Shown: positions 30,460 through 41,177, counted from the stretch's first letter. The stretch is DNA of 64,000 nucleotides from Ignavibacteriota bacterium (GCA_963833465.1 CAWHXW010000002.1:288523-352522), one strand, 5' to 3'. The notes: generated by a model from the letters alone, not told the origin. Translations and numbers: made by a program.

Positions 30460-31332
30460 ATGGAACTTACAGAACTGCTCGCTCGCTTCAAAAAAGGGAT
30501 ATCATTTGCTATAAGTCTCGTAATTATCGAGCACGTTGCATGGATTGTTGAACCGGCCGTATTTGGAAAAGTAATTGATGCTTTAATCGAACGTGCTTCT
30601 GGTCAGGTCGATAGTTTAAATACATCATTGTTTCCTCTGTATTTATGGATTGGCGTCTTCGCCATCAACTCCGGCACTGGAGTTATACGGCGAATCGTTG
30701 ACCAAAAAATCTATCTTGAAATGTTCACTAATTTGGCAACAGACATTTCTACTGTTGCGCAGGAAAAAAAATTCAGCATTTCTAAAACTGCGGCGCTTGC
30801 TCAGTTATCAGAGCAGTATATTACTTTTTTCCAGTACCGCGTTCCGGAAATTATTGAGCAGGTTGTCCAAATCGGTGGGGCTGTCATCGCACTTGCGGTG
30901 TTTGATTGGCGAATCTCCATTACATGCCTGACCATCGTTTTTCCACTTATGTTGATAAACAGGATTTATATGCGAAGAGTCAGTGCGCTGCAAAAAGATT
31001 CACATGATACATTTGAGAACGCGTACGATGTGTTTTCTACACAGAGACCGGAAGAAATCCATAATTATTACGCAAAATCTGCAAGCATTAAACAGAAGAT
31101 AGCAAATTGGGGTGCGCTTAATTTTGGGATGATGCGGTTTATTTTACTTTTTATCTTTCTTGTTGTTCTCTACATTTCCATTGATCTGGACGATTTTTCT
31201 ACAGGCAGTATCTATTCTATCGTTGCATACATTTGGACATTTATAACATCCTCCGAGTATCTTCCGGAATTGATGGAAAGCTGGACATCTCTAAAAGATG
31301 TTTCCAACCGTTTGAATCAGGCATCTCTTTAA
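30460..31332 (+). CDS. ABC transporter six-transmembrane-domain-type protein (no ATPase domain)
   Basis: Six TM segments; P.VFGKVIDAL and RRIVDQKIY pattern; 290 aa. Confidence 0.75.
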   Translation: MELTELLARFKKGISFAISLVIIEHVAWIVEPAVFGKVIDALIERASGQVDSLNTSLFPLYLWIGVFAINSGTGVIRRIVDQKIYLEMFTNLATDISTVAQEKKFSISKTAALAQLSEQYITFFQYRVPEIIEQVVQIGGAVIALAVFDWRISITCLTIVFPLMLINRIYMRRVSALQKDSHDTFENAYDVFSTQRPEEIHNYYAKSASIKQKIANWGALNFGMMRFILLFIFLVVLYISIDLDDFSTGSIYSIVAYIWTFITSSEYLPELMESWTSLKDVSNRLNQASL

Positions 31333-31339
31333 TAATTGT

Positions 31340-31723
31340 TCATTTTGTTGATCCATCGAGCAAACCACGAACTATCGTAATAATTTGTGTTGAGTTGTAC
31401 GGTTTTTGAATAAAATCCACTGCGCCAGATTTGATTATATCATCTCTTAACTCCGAATTAAAAAAACCACTCGCAAGAATTCCTTTTAATTCTGGATTAA
31501 TCTTCTTCATAATTAGGAATGCCTCCCAGCCGCCGAGACGCGGCAAACCAAGATCGGTTAACACTATTCCGATTTCATCATTATGCGCTGTGAATATTTC
31601 CATAGCTTCCACACCATCCACTGCCACAAAAACTTTAATTCCATTTTCTTCCAGTACCATTCTTAGAAGATCTCTCAGATTATCCTCATCTTCTACAATT
31701 AGAACTGTACCTCGGTTATTCAC
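31340..31723 (-). CDS. Single-domain response regulator
   Basis: VLIVEDE, LTDLGLP, LASG, QKPY. Confidence 0.9.
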   Translation of the reverse strand: MNNRGTVLIVEDEDNLRDLLRMVLEENGIKVFVAVDGVEAMEIFTAHNDEIGIVLTDLGLPRLGGWEAFLIMKKINPELKGILASGFFNSELRDDIIKSGAVDFIQKPYNSTQIITIVRGLLDGSTK

Positions 31724-32002
31724 AAATTCTAATTCCCATTACGTTGTAATTCTAAATAAAGTATCTTATTTATGTACCTTTATTGAATTTCTTAATGACA
31801 ATGCTTAAGTGTAATTGTTCTCATCAATATGAAAATCTTTTGGGTACGCCTGCACACGAAAATGATTCAGCATATAAGTGTGTTTCCCAATTAAAAGATA
31901 TAAATGGTAGAACACTTTCGCCTGTTTGCTTCATTTTGCGGCAGGATTCATTTAATTTATATTAGTGTACCTTGAATATTACGAAAATGCAATACGATGA
32001 TT

Positions 32003-33560
32003 TTAAAAAGGAAAATCTTGCTTGCTATCGAATGACGGTTCAATCTTTTCAGACTTAGGTTTCTTTGCTGTCATATGAACAAGATTGCTGTTCACGTAAA
32101 TCGCCTTCCTCGGCTGAACCGGACAAGCATGTTCACATGCACCGCAACCAATACAGATTTCGTCATTAACCTCTGGAATAACAAGCTGCTGCTCGTACGG
32201 GACCATCTTTACAGCTTTTGTCGGACAATGCTCTGAACATGCGCCGCAGTCTTTTTTCTTCGTAAACACGATGCAGTCGTCTTTAATAAATTGTGCTTTC
32301 CCAATTTGAACTTGTTTTTTAGTATTTGAATCGAGCGGCAGAATTGCACCTGTCGGGCATACCTGCCCGCAAATGACACAATCGAAATTGCAATAGCTTG
32401 CTGCATAATTCATTTTCGGTTGTAATATTCCTGCAATTCCATAATCAAGAAATGACGGCAGCAATACCTGTGTTGGACAAGAGCTGACACACAAATGACA
32501 TGCAGTGCAGTGGCTTGAAAAATGCTCTACACTTATCGAACCGGGAGGTGAAATTGGATGTTTATGACTTTCATCAAAATCTCTGTGATTTATCACTGCG
32601 ATGCTATCATTATCTGGTTGCGGCAACAGCAAACAGATTACAGGTAAAACAGATGTCTTTAAAACTTTCCGACGTCCCTCATTTATTATCGGTAGAATAT
32701 TTGAAGTTTTTTTCCATCTTCCTTGATAACTCATTCCAACTGTCGGGCAAGCATCAATGCAGTTGAAACATCCGACGCACGCTGCAAAATCAACTTCTAA
32801 TAAATCACTATTTATGCAATTTGCTTTGCATACTCTTTCGCATAATCCGCATTCTTTACAATTACTTCTATCTATCACTATTTTGAAAATTGAGAACCTT
32901 GAAATAATTCCAAGCAATGCTCCCGCCGGACAAAGCAAATTACAAAACAATCTTCCATGTCTGTAAGAAAGATATAAAACTAAAATAAGAAAACTTACAG
33001 ATGAAAGAATTGAGATAATCGTAATGTGAAGAAGTGGAATCTGAAAAAGAAAAATCAAACCGAAAAGTCCAAGAATATTCTCCAGTACGTTATTTGCCAG
33101 GTACTACAGATGGGCTGACCAGATTAGAAAGAATTCTGCCGTAATTACTAAATGGCTCAAAAAGATTTAGCAGAATTATGCTTCCCGTAAAAGAAAACAC
33201 TGCTGTGAAAAGAAATAATGTGTAATGAATTGAATAAGATTGCTTTTTAAATTTGAACCGACGGCGGCGATTGATTTGTTTGGCAATTCTAATGAAAATA
33301 TCCTGCAATATTCCCAGCGGACAGATTATTGAACAATAAACTCTTCCATATAGCAAAGTTAAAAGTAGAACAAAGATTACTCCAAATGATGCACTGCTGA
33401 ATAAAATCAAAGTTCGTATTAATGAAGGTACAAGCTGCGTTGAAGCCAGAAAGGTATGCAATCCTAATGGAATTATATTGCCAAAATCAAGAAAGAGGAA
33501 GCTTATTGAGATAAAAAATATGATCGCAAAACCGACGCGAACTTTTTTTAGCCACTGCAA
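32003..33560 (-). CDS. Membrane polyferredoxin (NapH/NapF-like 4Fe-4S protein); one apparent frameshift at ~33100; ~518 aa repaired
   Basis: GRVYCSIICPLG and GRLFCNLLCPAG motifs; several CxxCxxCxxxCP clusters. Removing one C joins PSVVLANNVLENILG. Confidence 0.88.
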
Positions 33561-33569
33561 AACATCACC

Positions 33570-34493
33570 TCAAACCGTCATTCGCTTGATACGGATGTTT
33601 TCCAAATCCATTCTGCCAACTTTTTGATCAGCAGCAAGTTTAATATAACGAACATCAGATGGATTCAATCCAAATAGTTTTGTTGCAGCAGTATCAATAG
33701 CTACTATATCCGTAGAAATCAATAAAGATTTCATCATTACTTCATCTTCTACAGAGACACCGCGAGGCCCGTTTTGTTTCATAACATTATAAGCATCAAC
33801 CACATTGAGTGCAGGCTTGCGGAAAGTCGCAAAGTCGGCAATGCATTGATGCAAATCGTTACTATGCCAGTTACCACGATCCCAAACATTGCCCATTAGA
33901 TTTTTCATCGCAATTGTCAGCCGAGCACTATTATGAGATTTAAGGACAGGAACGTTAATAAAAACGTCTGCTCCAAGAATAAGTTCGTGTTCTTTTGCTT
34001 TCTTAAGACTTTTACCATTTGGTATTGAAACCTCATGATAATAACTTTCAGTATGTGCTGGCGCAATTTTCCCTCCCGAATCTTTGACTGCCGATTCGAT
34101 CCCACTGTTTTTGTAACACCTTTGCCAATTATCACACGTATGGTCAAGAACATAGATTTCACTTGCGCCGGCGTTACAGCATTGTCGAACAATTTCCGCT
34201 ATCAATTTTGGATTAGTATTACCTGCACGTTCCGGACCGACATCCCATCCAATATTCGGCTTGATGACAACTTTCTGACCTTTCTTCACAAACGAACGGA
34301 TCCCGCCGAGCACTTCTATTCCCTTTTGAAACATCGCATCCGGCTCACCGCCTTTGATGGCTACTAAATCAAATTGAACCTTATCAGCAGAATCATAGAC
34401 TGCTGAAAAAAGATTTTCATATTTACCCGCGAGTGCCGCACCAGCGACCACAGAGGCACCAAAACTTTTTTTAAAGAATGTTCTTCGATCCAT
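33570..34493 (-). CDS. DUF362 family protein with Tat signal
   Basis: MDRRTFFKK twin-arginine leader; VIKPNIGW, NVPVLKSH, KNLMG, DIVAID. Confidence 0.88.
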   Translation of the reverse strand: MDRRTFFKKSFGASVVAGAALAGKYENLFSAVYDSADKVQFDLVAIKGGEPDAMFQKGIEVLGGIRSFVKKGQKVVIKPNIGWDVGPERAGNTNPKLIAEIVRQCCNAGASEIYVLDHTCDNWQRCYKNSGIESAVKDSGGKIAPAHTESYYHEVSIPNGKSLKKAKEHELILGADVFINVPVLKSHNSARLTIAMKNLMGNVWDRGNWHSNDLHQCIADFATFRKPALNVVDAYNVMKQNGPRGVSVEDEVMMKSLLISTDIVAIDTAATKLFGLNPSDVRYIKLAADQKVGRMDLENIRIKRMTV

Positions 34494-34559
34494 GGTGAAC
34501 TCCTATATTTTAAACCAGAATATATTCAAAGCATGCCATACATTCAGTGAATATAATCC

Positions 34560-35138
34560 TTAACGCATTTTTAATCGACGGCAATAAGCATGTGCTATCG
34601 CAGCAGCACTGATAATCTTTACTCCATCCCACCAAGAGAATATTAAAAATCCAGATTGAAAAGAACTCAGCCAATTGTGAAAATAGAGAAAGTTCAGTTG
34701 AATAGTTCCAAATAAAAAAATAATTAAAGAACCGATAGACATTGAAATCAGCATCCACCAGTATTCCTTGCGAATGCTTGTAAGGTGACCAACTATAAAT
34801 GCTGCAATCGGAAATGAGAGCAAATATCCGCCGGTCGGCCCTAATATTCTTGTAATGCCAAATGCAGTGCCTGAAAATACCGGCAATCCAATTGCACCAA
34901 GGAGTAAATAGAAGCCCATGCTAATAGCACCGCTTCGTTTTCCAAGAAGCGCACCAGCCGAGAAAACAAAAAATGTCTGCATAGTAAATGGTACCGGTTG
35001 GTTGGGTATTTCAATTTGTGCTCCGATTGCCATAAGCACTGCAAATGTGAACGCCCAGAAAGTCTGAATAAATATTCTTTCATCTTGTAGACTTAGCACT
35101 TTTGAAACAATCTGGTTCCTTATCTCGATCATTTTCAT
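34560..35138 (-). CDS. bioY: Biotin transporter BioY
   Basis: PVPFTMQT, GAIGLPVFSG, GPTGGYL motifs. Confidence 0.93.
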   Translation of the reverse strand: MKMIEIRNQIVSKVLSLQDERIFIQTFWAFTFAVLMAIGAQIEIPNQPVPFTMQTFFVFSAGALLGKRSGAISMGFYLLLGAIGLPVFSGTAFGITRILGPTGGYLLSFPIAAFIVGHLTSIRKEYWWMLISMSIGSLIIFLFGTIQLNFLYFHNWLSSFQSGFLIFSWWDGVKIISAAAIAHAYCRRLKMR

Positions 35139-35308
35139 CTCCGTTTTTATTTACTTTTCATTGCACTGAATTCAAATTAGACAAATGTGGCAATAAAATC
35201 AAACCTCGATAGTATTCTTTTCTTGTTTGACTTAGAGGTGTTTTTTCGATATATTTTTTAACCAACTCTTTATGGAGTTGGTTTTTTATGGTGTAGTCCA
35301 GATACTAT

Positions 35309-35380
<72 letters not shown>

Positions 35381-35434
35381 CATGGATTTGTTTTATAAGA
35401 AAAATAAAATGAATATTATATAAATAGGAAGACG

Positions 35435-36379
35435 ATGAGTGAGCTGAAGATTTTTTCTGGACGAGCAAATCACCCGTTAGCTGAGAAAATTTGCGAGGAA
35501 GCAGGTGTTCCCCTTGGAGAAGCCGCAATACAAACATTTAGCGATGGCGAACTTTGGGTCAAGTATATCGAGAACATTCGAGGCGACGATGTTTTTATCA
35601 TCCAGCCAACACAACCGCCGGCAGAGAATTTGATGGAGCTATTGATTATGCTCGACGCTGCAAAACGCGCATCAGCAAAACGTGTTACAGCGGTTATTCC
35701 CTATTTCGGATATGCACGTCAAGATAGAAAAGACCAGCCGCGCGTGTCTATCAGCGCAAAGTTGATTGCAAATTTAATTACAAAAGCCGGTGCTGATCGT
35801 GTGATAACGATGGATTTGCATACAGCACAAATCCAAGGATTTTTTGATATCCCGATGGATCATTTATATTCATCTGCGGTACTAATTGAATGCTTTAAGA
35901 AGATGAATATTTCAAATTTTGCAGTTGCTTCTCCAGATGTCGGAAGTATAAAAATGGCGCGTTCCTATGCCAAACGGCTTGGTGCGGATTTGATTTTAAT
36001 AGATAAACGCCGACCAAAACCGAACGAAGCAGAGATAATGAATATTATCGGCAATGTCGAAGGAAAAACTATTCTTATTGTTGATGATTTAATCGATACA
36101 GGTGGAACATTTGTCAGTGCAGCGCAAGCATTGCGCAACAATGGAGCGAAGGAAATCTTCGGTGCTTGCACACATCCGGTTCTATCCGGTAATGCTTATA
36201 AAAGAATTGAAGAATCAGTAGTTAAAAAAGTTGTTGTTACAGATACACTTCCACTAAAACAAACTTGTGATAAAATTCAAATTCGCTCAATAGCGCACAT
36301 TTTTGCGGAAGCGATTCTTCGAACACACCGGAACGAATCCATCAGTTCACTATTTGATATTGATAAAGATAAGACTTAA
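35435..36379 (+). CDS. prs: Ribose-phosphate pyrophosphokinase
   Basis: FSDGE, PYFGYARQDRK, MDLH, VDDLIDTGGT. Confidence 0.97.
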   Translation: MSELKIFSGRANHPLAEKICEEAGVPLGEAAIQTFSDGELWVKYIENIRGDDVFIIQPTQPPAENLMELLIMLDAAKRASAKRVTAVIPYFGYARQDRKDQPRVSISAKLIANLITKAGADRVITMDLHTAQIQGFFDIPMDHLYSSAVLIECFKKMNISNFAVASPDVGSIKMARSYAKRLGADLILIDKRRPKPNEAEIMNIIGNVEGKTILIVDDLIDTGGTFVSAAQALRNNGAKEIFGACTHPVLSGNAYKRIEESVVKKVVVTDTLPLKQTCDKIQIRSIAHIFAEAILRTHRNESISSLFDIDKDKT

Positions 36380-36393
36380 CAAGGAGATATACG

Positions 36394-37107
36394 ATGTCTG
36401 AAATAACGCTAATGGCTGAAATTCGAAAATACGTTGGCAAGCATGTCCATGCTATCCGTAAAACAGGCAATGTGCCTGGCATATATTATGGGCATGGCCA
36501 GCAAAACATTCCCGTGTCGCTGCCGGCACCAGCACTTGCACCTTTGTACACAACTTCAGAAACACACGTTATCAATTTAAAACTTGATGATGGTTCATCT
36601 CACTTATGTGTTTTAAGAGATGTGCAGCTGGATCCGGTTACTGAGAAACCTGTACACTTCGATCTGTTTGGATTGAATGAGAATGAAAAGCTCAATATCG
36701 AGATTCCTGTGAAGCTGACCGGCGGTATTCCAAAAGGTGTTCGCGAAGGTGGAATTTTACAGCACGTTTTACACAAATTGAAAGTTTCCTGTTTGCCAAA
36801 ACATATCCCTGATCATATCGAAATTAACGTGGAAGAATTGTCTATTAACCATTCCGTTCACGTGAAAGATTTATCAATTCCAAATGTTACAATTATGGAA
36901 AACGCGACCAGCACGATTGTTGCTGTTGTTCCGCCTGTGGTAGTGAAAGAACCGGAACCGGCTGCTGCTGCCGCTGTACCGACTGCCGAAGCGCCTGCTG
37001 AACCTGAAGTTATTTCTAAGGGCAAGAAGGTTGAAGAAGGCGTAGAAGAAACAGACGAAAAAAAGAAACTTGAAGAAAAAAAGAAAACAGAAGAAAAGAA
37101 AAAATAA
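36394..37107 (+). CDS. rplY: 50S ribosomal protein L25/CTC
   Basis: VPGIYYG, QLDPV...HFD, GVREGG, LPKHIP; located between prs and pth. Confidence 0.95.
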   Translation: MSEITLMAEIRKYVGKHVHAIRKTGNVPGIYYGHGQQNIPVSLPAPALAPLYTTSETHVINLKLDDGSSHLCVLRDVQLDPVTEKPVHFDLFGLNENEKLNIEIPVKLTGGIPKGVREGGILQHVLHKLKVSCLPKHIPDHIEINVEELSINHSVHVKDLSIPNVTIMENATSTIVAVVPPVVVKEPEPAAAAAVPTAEAPAEPEVISKGKKVEEGVEETDEKKKLEEKKKTEEKKK

Positions 37108-37128
37108 TTTTTTGTTAATTAATATTAT

Positions 37129-37722
37129 ATGTACTTAATTGTCGGATTGGGAAATCCAGGAAACGAATATGTCCGAACAAGACATAATTTGGGTTTTCTT
37201 GTTGCCGATTCACTTGCAGCATCAATGGATAAATCATTTAGTGCTGGCAAGGGCGAGTTTTGGTTTGCACAATGTTCTTTGAATACGATTAATGTCACTG
37301 TTTTGAAACCGGCAACGTACATGAATAACAGTGGAATCGCTGTACGTGAATTTCTTGAGCAAAGTCAAATCCCAATAGAAAATATTTTAATAGTCTGTGA
37401 TGATTTTCAATTGCCGATAGGAACAATTCGATTGCGAAAATATGGTTCTGATAACGGCCACAAAGGATTGTCTTCTATTATTTATCATTTACAGACAGAT
37501 CAATTTGCAAGATTACGATGTGGAATTGCTTCGACAAGTATGCCGTCAGAGAAATCGAATATGAAAGATTTCGTGTTAGATAATTTTCCGGAGTCAGAAT
37601 TAAAAACACTGGAGATTATGGTAGCGTGTGCTCGAGACGTTTGCAAATCCTTTGTTCTAGATGGTATTGACCAAGCAATGAATAAGTTTAATACTAAACA
37701 ATCTGAAGAATTATTTACTTAA
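37129..37722 (+). CDS. pth: Peptidyl-tRNA hydrolase
   Basis: VGLGNPG, TRHNLGF, KPATYMNNSG, GHKGL, RLRCGI. Confidence 0.96.
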   Translation: MYLIVGLGNPGNEYVRTRHNLGFLVADSLAASMDKSFSAGKGEFWFAQCSLNTINVTVLKPATYMNNSGIAVREFLEQSQIPIENILIVCDDFQLPIGTIRLRKYGSDNGHKGLSSIIYHLQTDQFARLRCGIASTSMPSEKSNMKDFVLDNFPESELKTLEIMVACARDVCKSFVLDGIDQAMNKFNTKQSEELFT

Positions 37723-37724
37723 AT

Positions 37725-37795
37725 AACCCTGCCCTTTCATTTGAAAACTAATTTCAAATCGAAGTGCCTATTCATCACATGTCCAAAGGGAATAT
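37725..37795 (+). promoter_or_regulatory. Candidate S6:S18 autoregulatory leader hairpin
   Basis: CCCTGCCC followed by hairpin ATTTGAAA-actaa-TTTCAAAT directly upstream of rpsF; CCCTTT could pair with the AAAGGG RBS. Confidence 0.4.
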
Positions 37796-37799
37796 ATCT

Positions 37800-38264
37800 A
37801 TGGAAAAAAAGAAAAACATCTATGAGGCCACGTTTATTGTGAACGCTAGTCTTGACGACCCTCAGATCGATGCTGTAATCGATAAGGTGCAAGAAGTTAT
37901 CACAAAAAACAACGGCGAGATCATGGAATTAGCAAAATGGGGACGCAAGCGATTTGCTTATCCCATAAAAAAGAAAAATAACGGTTTTTATGTTGTCCTT
38001 GAGTTCAAGTCTTCTGGCGATCTCATTGCACGTCTTGAACGACACTTCCTGCTTGAAGAAAATATTATCCGGTTTTTGATCATAGGGTTAGATAAAAAAG
38101 CGCTGCAAGCCCGTATATCCGGGAACGATTTAATGAAACTATCGGCGCCAGCAAGTTTATCCGCGGGTGGTTCGCCGCTTATTGCGGCTATTCCCATTTC
38201 GGATCCCGATGTCTCTGCTTCTTCAGAAAATCCAATAGATTTTACAACCCCAAATGAAATTTGA
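37800..38264 (+). CDS. rpsF: 30S ribosomal protein S6 (with C-terminal extension)
   Basis: YEATFIV, WGRKRFAYPIKK, IIRFL; ATG at 37800. Confidence 0.95.
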   Translation: MEKKKNIYEATFIVNASLDDPQIDAVIDKVQEVITKNNGEIMELAKWGRKRFAYPIKKKNNGFYVVLEFKSSGDLIARLERHFLLEENIIRFLIIGLDKKALQARISGNDLMKLSAPASLSAGGSPLIAAIPISDPDVSASSENPIDFTTPNEI

Positions 38265-38298
38265 TTCTCACGAAGGAAAATAAAGAAGGATAAAAATA

Positions 38299-38664
38299 AT
38301 GGCAATATCATCTCAGTCGAAAACAACAGGTTCGCGAGGACATCAACAAAGAGGTTCGCAAGGAGGACCACAACACGGAGGAGCCGGCGGATATAGAAGA
38401 GATTCCTCTCCAAACGGACAACGGTCAACTAATCGTCAACAGCAGCAACGAAAAAAACGAACATGCAGATTTTGTGATTCAAAAGATGTTTATATCGATT
38501 ATAAAAATGAGAAACGCCTTCAGCGCTTCGTTTCCGAACAGGGAAAAATTATCCCGCGCCGTATAACTGGTACGTGCGCACATCATCAACGCCAGCTTGT
38601 CACAGCAATCAAACGTGCACGGCATTTAGCTTTGATTTCATTCGTTAATGAAGCTGTAAGTTAA
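38299..38664 (+). CDS. rpsR: 30S ribosomal protein S18 (with N-terminal extension)
   Basis: [31 protein letters not shown]. Confidence 0.96.
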   Translation: MAISSQSKTTGSRGHQQRGSQGGPQHGGAGGYRRDSSPNGQRSTNRQQQQRKKRTCRFCDSKDVYIDYKNEKRLQRFVSEQGKIIPRRITGTCAHHQRQLVTAIKRARHLALISFVNEAVS

Positions 38665-38701
38665 GCGATTCTCTTTAATATTTTTTGTAAAAGGAGTTTT
38701 T

Positions 38702-39145
38702 ATGAAAGTGATTTTAAGAAAAGATTCTGAAAAGCTTGGTCACGTCAATGAAGTAGTCTCGGTCAAAGATGGATACGCTCGAAATTATCTAATTCCTCGG
38801 GGGATTGCGTACGAAGCGACCGACGGCGGTATTCGACAATTGGAAGAAGAAAACAAACAACAATTGCGGCGTGTCGACAAGGAGCATGGTCAAGCAATAG
38901 CTTTGGCTGCAACGCTCGACAAAATCTCTGTCACAATTAAGATGAAAGTCGGTGAAGAAGAAAAACTTTTTGGTTCCGTTACGGCTCAAATGATAGCTGA
39001 TGCCCTTATCGAAAAAGAAATCAAACTGGATAAACGGCAGATAGAACTTGAAGAACCGATCAAAGCTCTCGGCATCTACGATATTCCAATCAAACTTGCT
39101 GCCGGTGTAATTGGTAAAATAAAGGTATGGATTGTAAGAGAATAA
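38702..39145 (+). CDS. rplI: 50S ribosomal protein L9
   Basis: MKVIL, VKDGYARNYLIP, KLFGSVT, IKALG. Confidence 0.97.
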   Translation: MKVILRKDSEKLGHVNEVVSVKDGYARNYLIPRGIAYEATDGGIRQLEEENKQQLRRVDKEHGQAIALAATLDKISVTIKMKVGEEEKLFGSVTAQMIADALIEKEIKLDKRQIELEEPIKALGIYDIPIKLAAGVIGKIKVWIVRE

Positions 39146-39179
39146 TAAAGCGTTTCGTTTCAGTTATTGTTAGTAGAAG

Positions 39180-39210
39180 AAAAAAGGCAGCATAATACGC
39201 TGCCTTTTTT
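39180..39210 (+). terminator. Intrinsic terminator of ribosomal operon
   Basis: AAAAAGGCAGC-ataatac-GCTGCCTTTTTT. Confidence 0.9.
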
Positions 39211-39332
39211 CTTAACCAAATTGGGATTTATTTTAGTTATTTTAGTGTTTACAAAATAGAGATTGATAAATTTAAAACTGTTATATTAAGCGTTTTAATT
39301 TATTGGTTTATAGTATATCAGAAAGAAATCTC

Positions 39333-41177
39333 ATGGCAGAAAAAACACATCAGCACCTTGATGAAGTTACGATTCGTTTCGCTGGAGACTCTGGCGACGG
39401 AATGCAGCTAACCGGCTCTCAGTTCACTAACACTGCCGCTTTTATTGGCAATGATTTAAGCACGCTGCCTGATTATCCAGCAGAAATTCGTGCACCACAG
39501 GGAACCACTAATGGTGTAAGCGGATTTCAAATCCATTTTGGAAGCGTCGAGATAAACACTCCCGGAGATTTCTGTGATGTACTTGTAGCGATGAATGCCG
39601 CTGCACTTAAAGTCAATCTCCCTTGGCTTGTTAAAGGTGGTTCCATCATAGCAAATGTAGATGGTTTCAACGATAAAAATTTGAAGCTTGCCAAATATTC
39701 AACCAATCCTCTAAAAGATGGTTCTCTTTCTGAATATCAATTATATGAAGTCGATATCACAAAATTGACTACCATTGCACTTCAAGAAATGAACCTTTCC
39801 AACAAACTGGTCGATCGGTCTAAAAACTTTTTTGCATTAGGTATGATGTATTGGATGTACAATCTTCCTCTCGAAACGACACTTAAGTGGATCTCTGAAA
39901 AGTTCAAACTTAAACCAGACGTTCGGGATGCTAATATACGCGTATTGAAAGCAGGATGGAATTACGGCGAGACGACAGAAATCTTTAAAGTCCGATATCA
40001 AGTTGCATCGGCAAAACTTGCCCCAGGAAATTACCGCAACATCACTGGTAATCAGGCTGCTGCTTGGGGATTGATGACTGCAGCAAAAAAAGCAAAGCTC
40101 GATCTTTTTCTCGGCAGTTATCCAATCACACCTGCGAGTGAAATTCTACAGGAACTTTCCATACATAAAAATTTCGGCGTGAAAACTTTCCAGGCGGAAG
40201 ATGAAATTGCCGGAATTACATCTGCCATTGGCGCATCTTTTGCCGGCGCATTGGGTACAACTACAACAAGCGGACCCGGGCTTTCACTAAAAACTGAAGC
40301 TCTAGGACTTGCAGTGATGGTAGAACTGCCGCTTGTTGTTGTGGACGTGCAACGCGGCGGACCAAGCACCGGTCTGCCAACAAAGACAGAACAAGCAGAC
40401 TTGCTTCAAGTCGTTTATGGGCGCAACGGCGAAGCGCCGCTGCCAGTGATCGCCGCCGCTACACCAGCGGATTGTTTTAATGCCGTATTTGAATCTGCGC
40501 GTATTGCAATTAAATTTATGACTCCTGTTGTTTGTTTAACAGACGGTTATCTGGCCAACGGCTCTGAACCATGGCTAATTCCAAATTACAATAATCTTCC
40601 TGATATTTCTAATAATTTCATAACTAATCCCGAAGGATTTTCCCCTTACGTGCGAGACAAGGTGACTCTCGCACGGCCATGGGCAATTCCCGGCTCACCC
40701 GGACTTGAACACCGAATTGGCGGTTTAGAAAAACAGAATATTACTGGAAATATAGATTACTCACCTATTAATCATGATCTTATGGTTCACCTCCGAGCAG
40801 AAAAAATTGCCCGCATTGAAAACGATATCCCATCAGCAGAAATTGAAGGCGATCAACAAGGCAAGCTGTTAGTTGTCGGCTGGGGGAGCACATATGGGGC
40901 GATCAGAACAGCAGTGCAGCGACATCGCTTAAAAGGACATTCAGTTTCACATTTGCACATTCGGTATATCAACCCTATGCAAAAAAATGTAGGTGAAATA
41001 TTATCTCGATTCAAAACTATTTTAGTTCCCGAATTAAACTTAGGTCAACTTATCAAAATCTTGAGATCTAATTATCTTGTGCCTGCAATTGGATTCAATA
41101 AAATAAAAGGATTGCCATTCCAAGCAGAAGAAATAGAAATGAAAATTGAAGAAGTTTTACAAGGAGATAATTCATGA
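39333..41177 (+). CDS. korA: 2-oxoacid:ferredoxin oxidoreductase alpha subunit (fused gamma-alpha)
   Basis: FAGDSGDGMQL, YPITPAS, QAEDEI, TSGPG, QRGGPSTGLPTK; ATG at 39333. Confidence 0.93.
   Translation: MAEKTHQHLDEVTIRFAGDSGDGMQLTGSQFTNTAAFIGNDLSTLPDYPAEIRAPQGTTNGVSGFQIHFGSVEINTPGDFCDVLVAMNAAALKVNLPWLVKGGSIIANVDGFNDKNLKLAKYSTNPLKDGSLSEYQLYEVDITKLTTIALQEMNLSNKLVDRSKNFFALGMMYWMYNLPLETTLKWISEKFKLKPDVRDANIRVLKAGWNYGETTEIFKVRYQVASAKLAPGNYRNITGNQAAAWGLMTAAKKAKLDLFLGSYPITPASEILQELSIHKNFGVKTFQAEDEIAGITSAIGASFAGALGTTTTSGPGLSLKTEALGLAVMVELPLVVVDVQRGGPSTGLPTKTEQADLLQVVYGRNGEAPLPVIAAATPADCFNAVFESARIAIKFMTPVVCLTDGYLANGSEPWLIPNYNNLPDISNNFITNPEGFSPYVRDKVTLARPWAIPGSPGLEHRIGGLEKQNITGNIDYSPINHDLMVHLRAEKIARIENDIPSAEIEGDQQGKLLVVGWGSTYGAIRTAVQRHRLKGHSVSHLHIRYINPMQKNVGEILSRFKTILVPELNLGQLIKILRSNYLVPAIGFNKIKGLPFQAEEIEMKIEEVLQGDNS

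Noticed and set aside
26749-31723. tRNA-anchored integrative element
   Set aside because: No integrase or transposase, and no duplicated tRNA 3' end was noticed.
35288-35300. TGGTGTAGTCCA resembling the 5' end of the adjacent tRNA-Gln (possible att remnant)
   Set aside because: Too short and imperfect; att duplications usually involve the 3' end, and there is no integrase.
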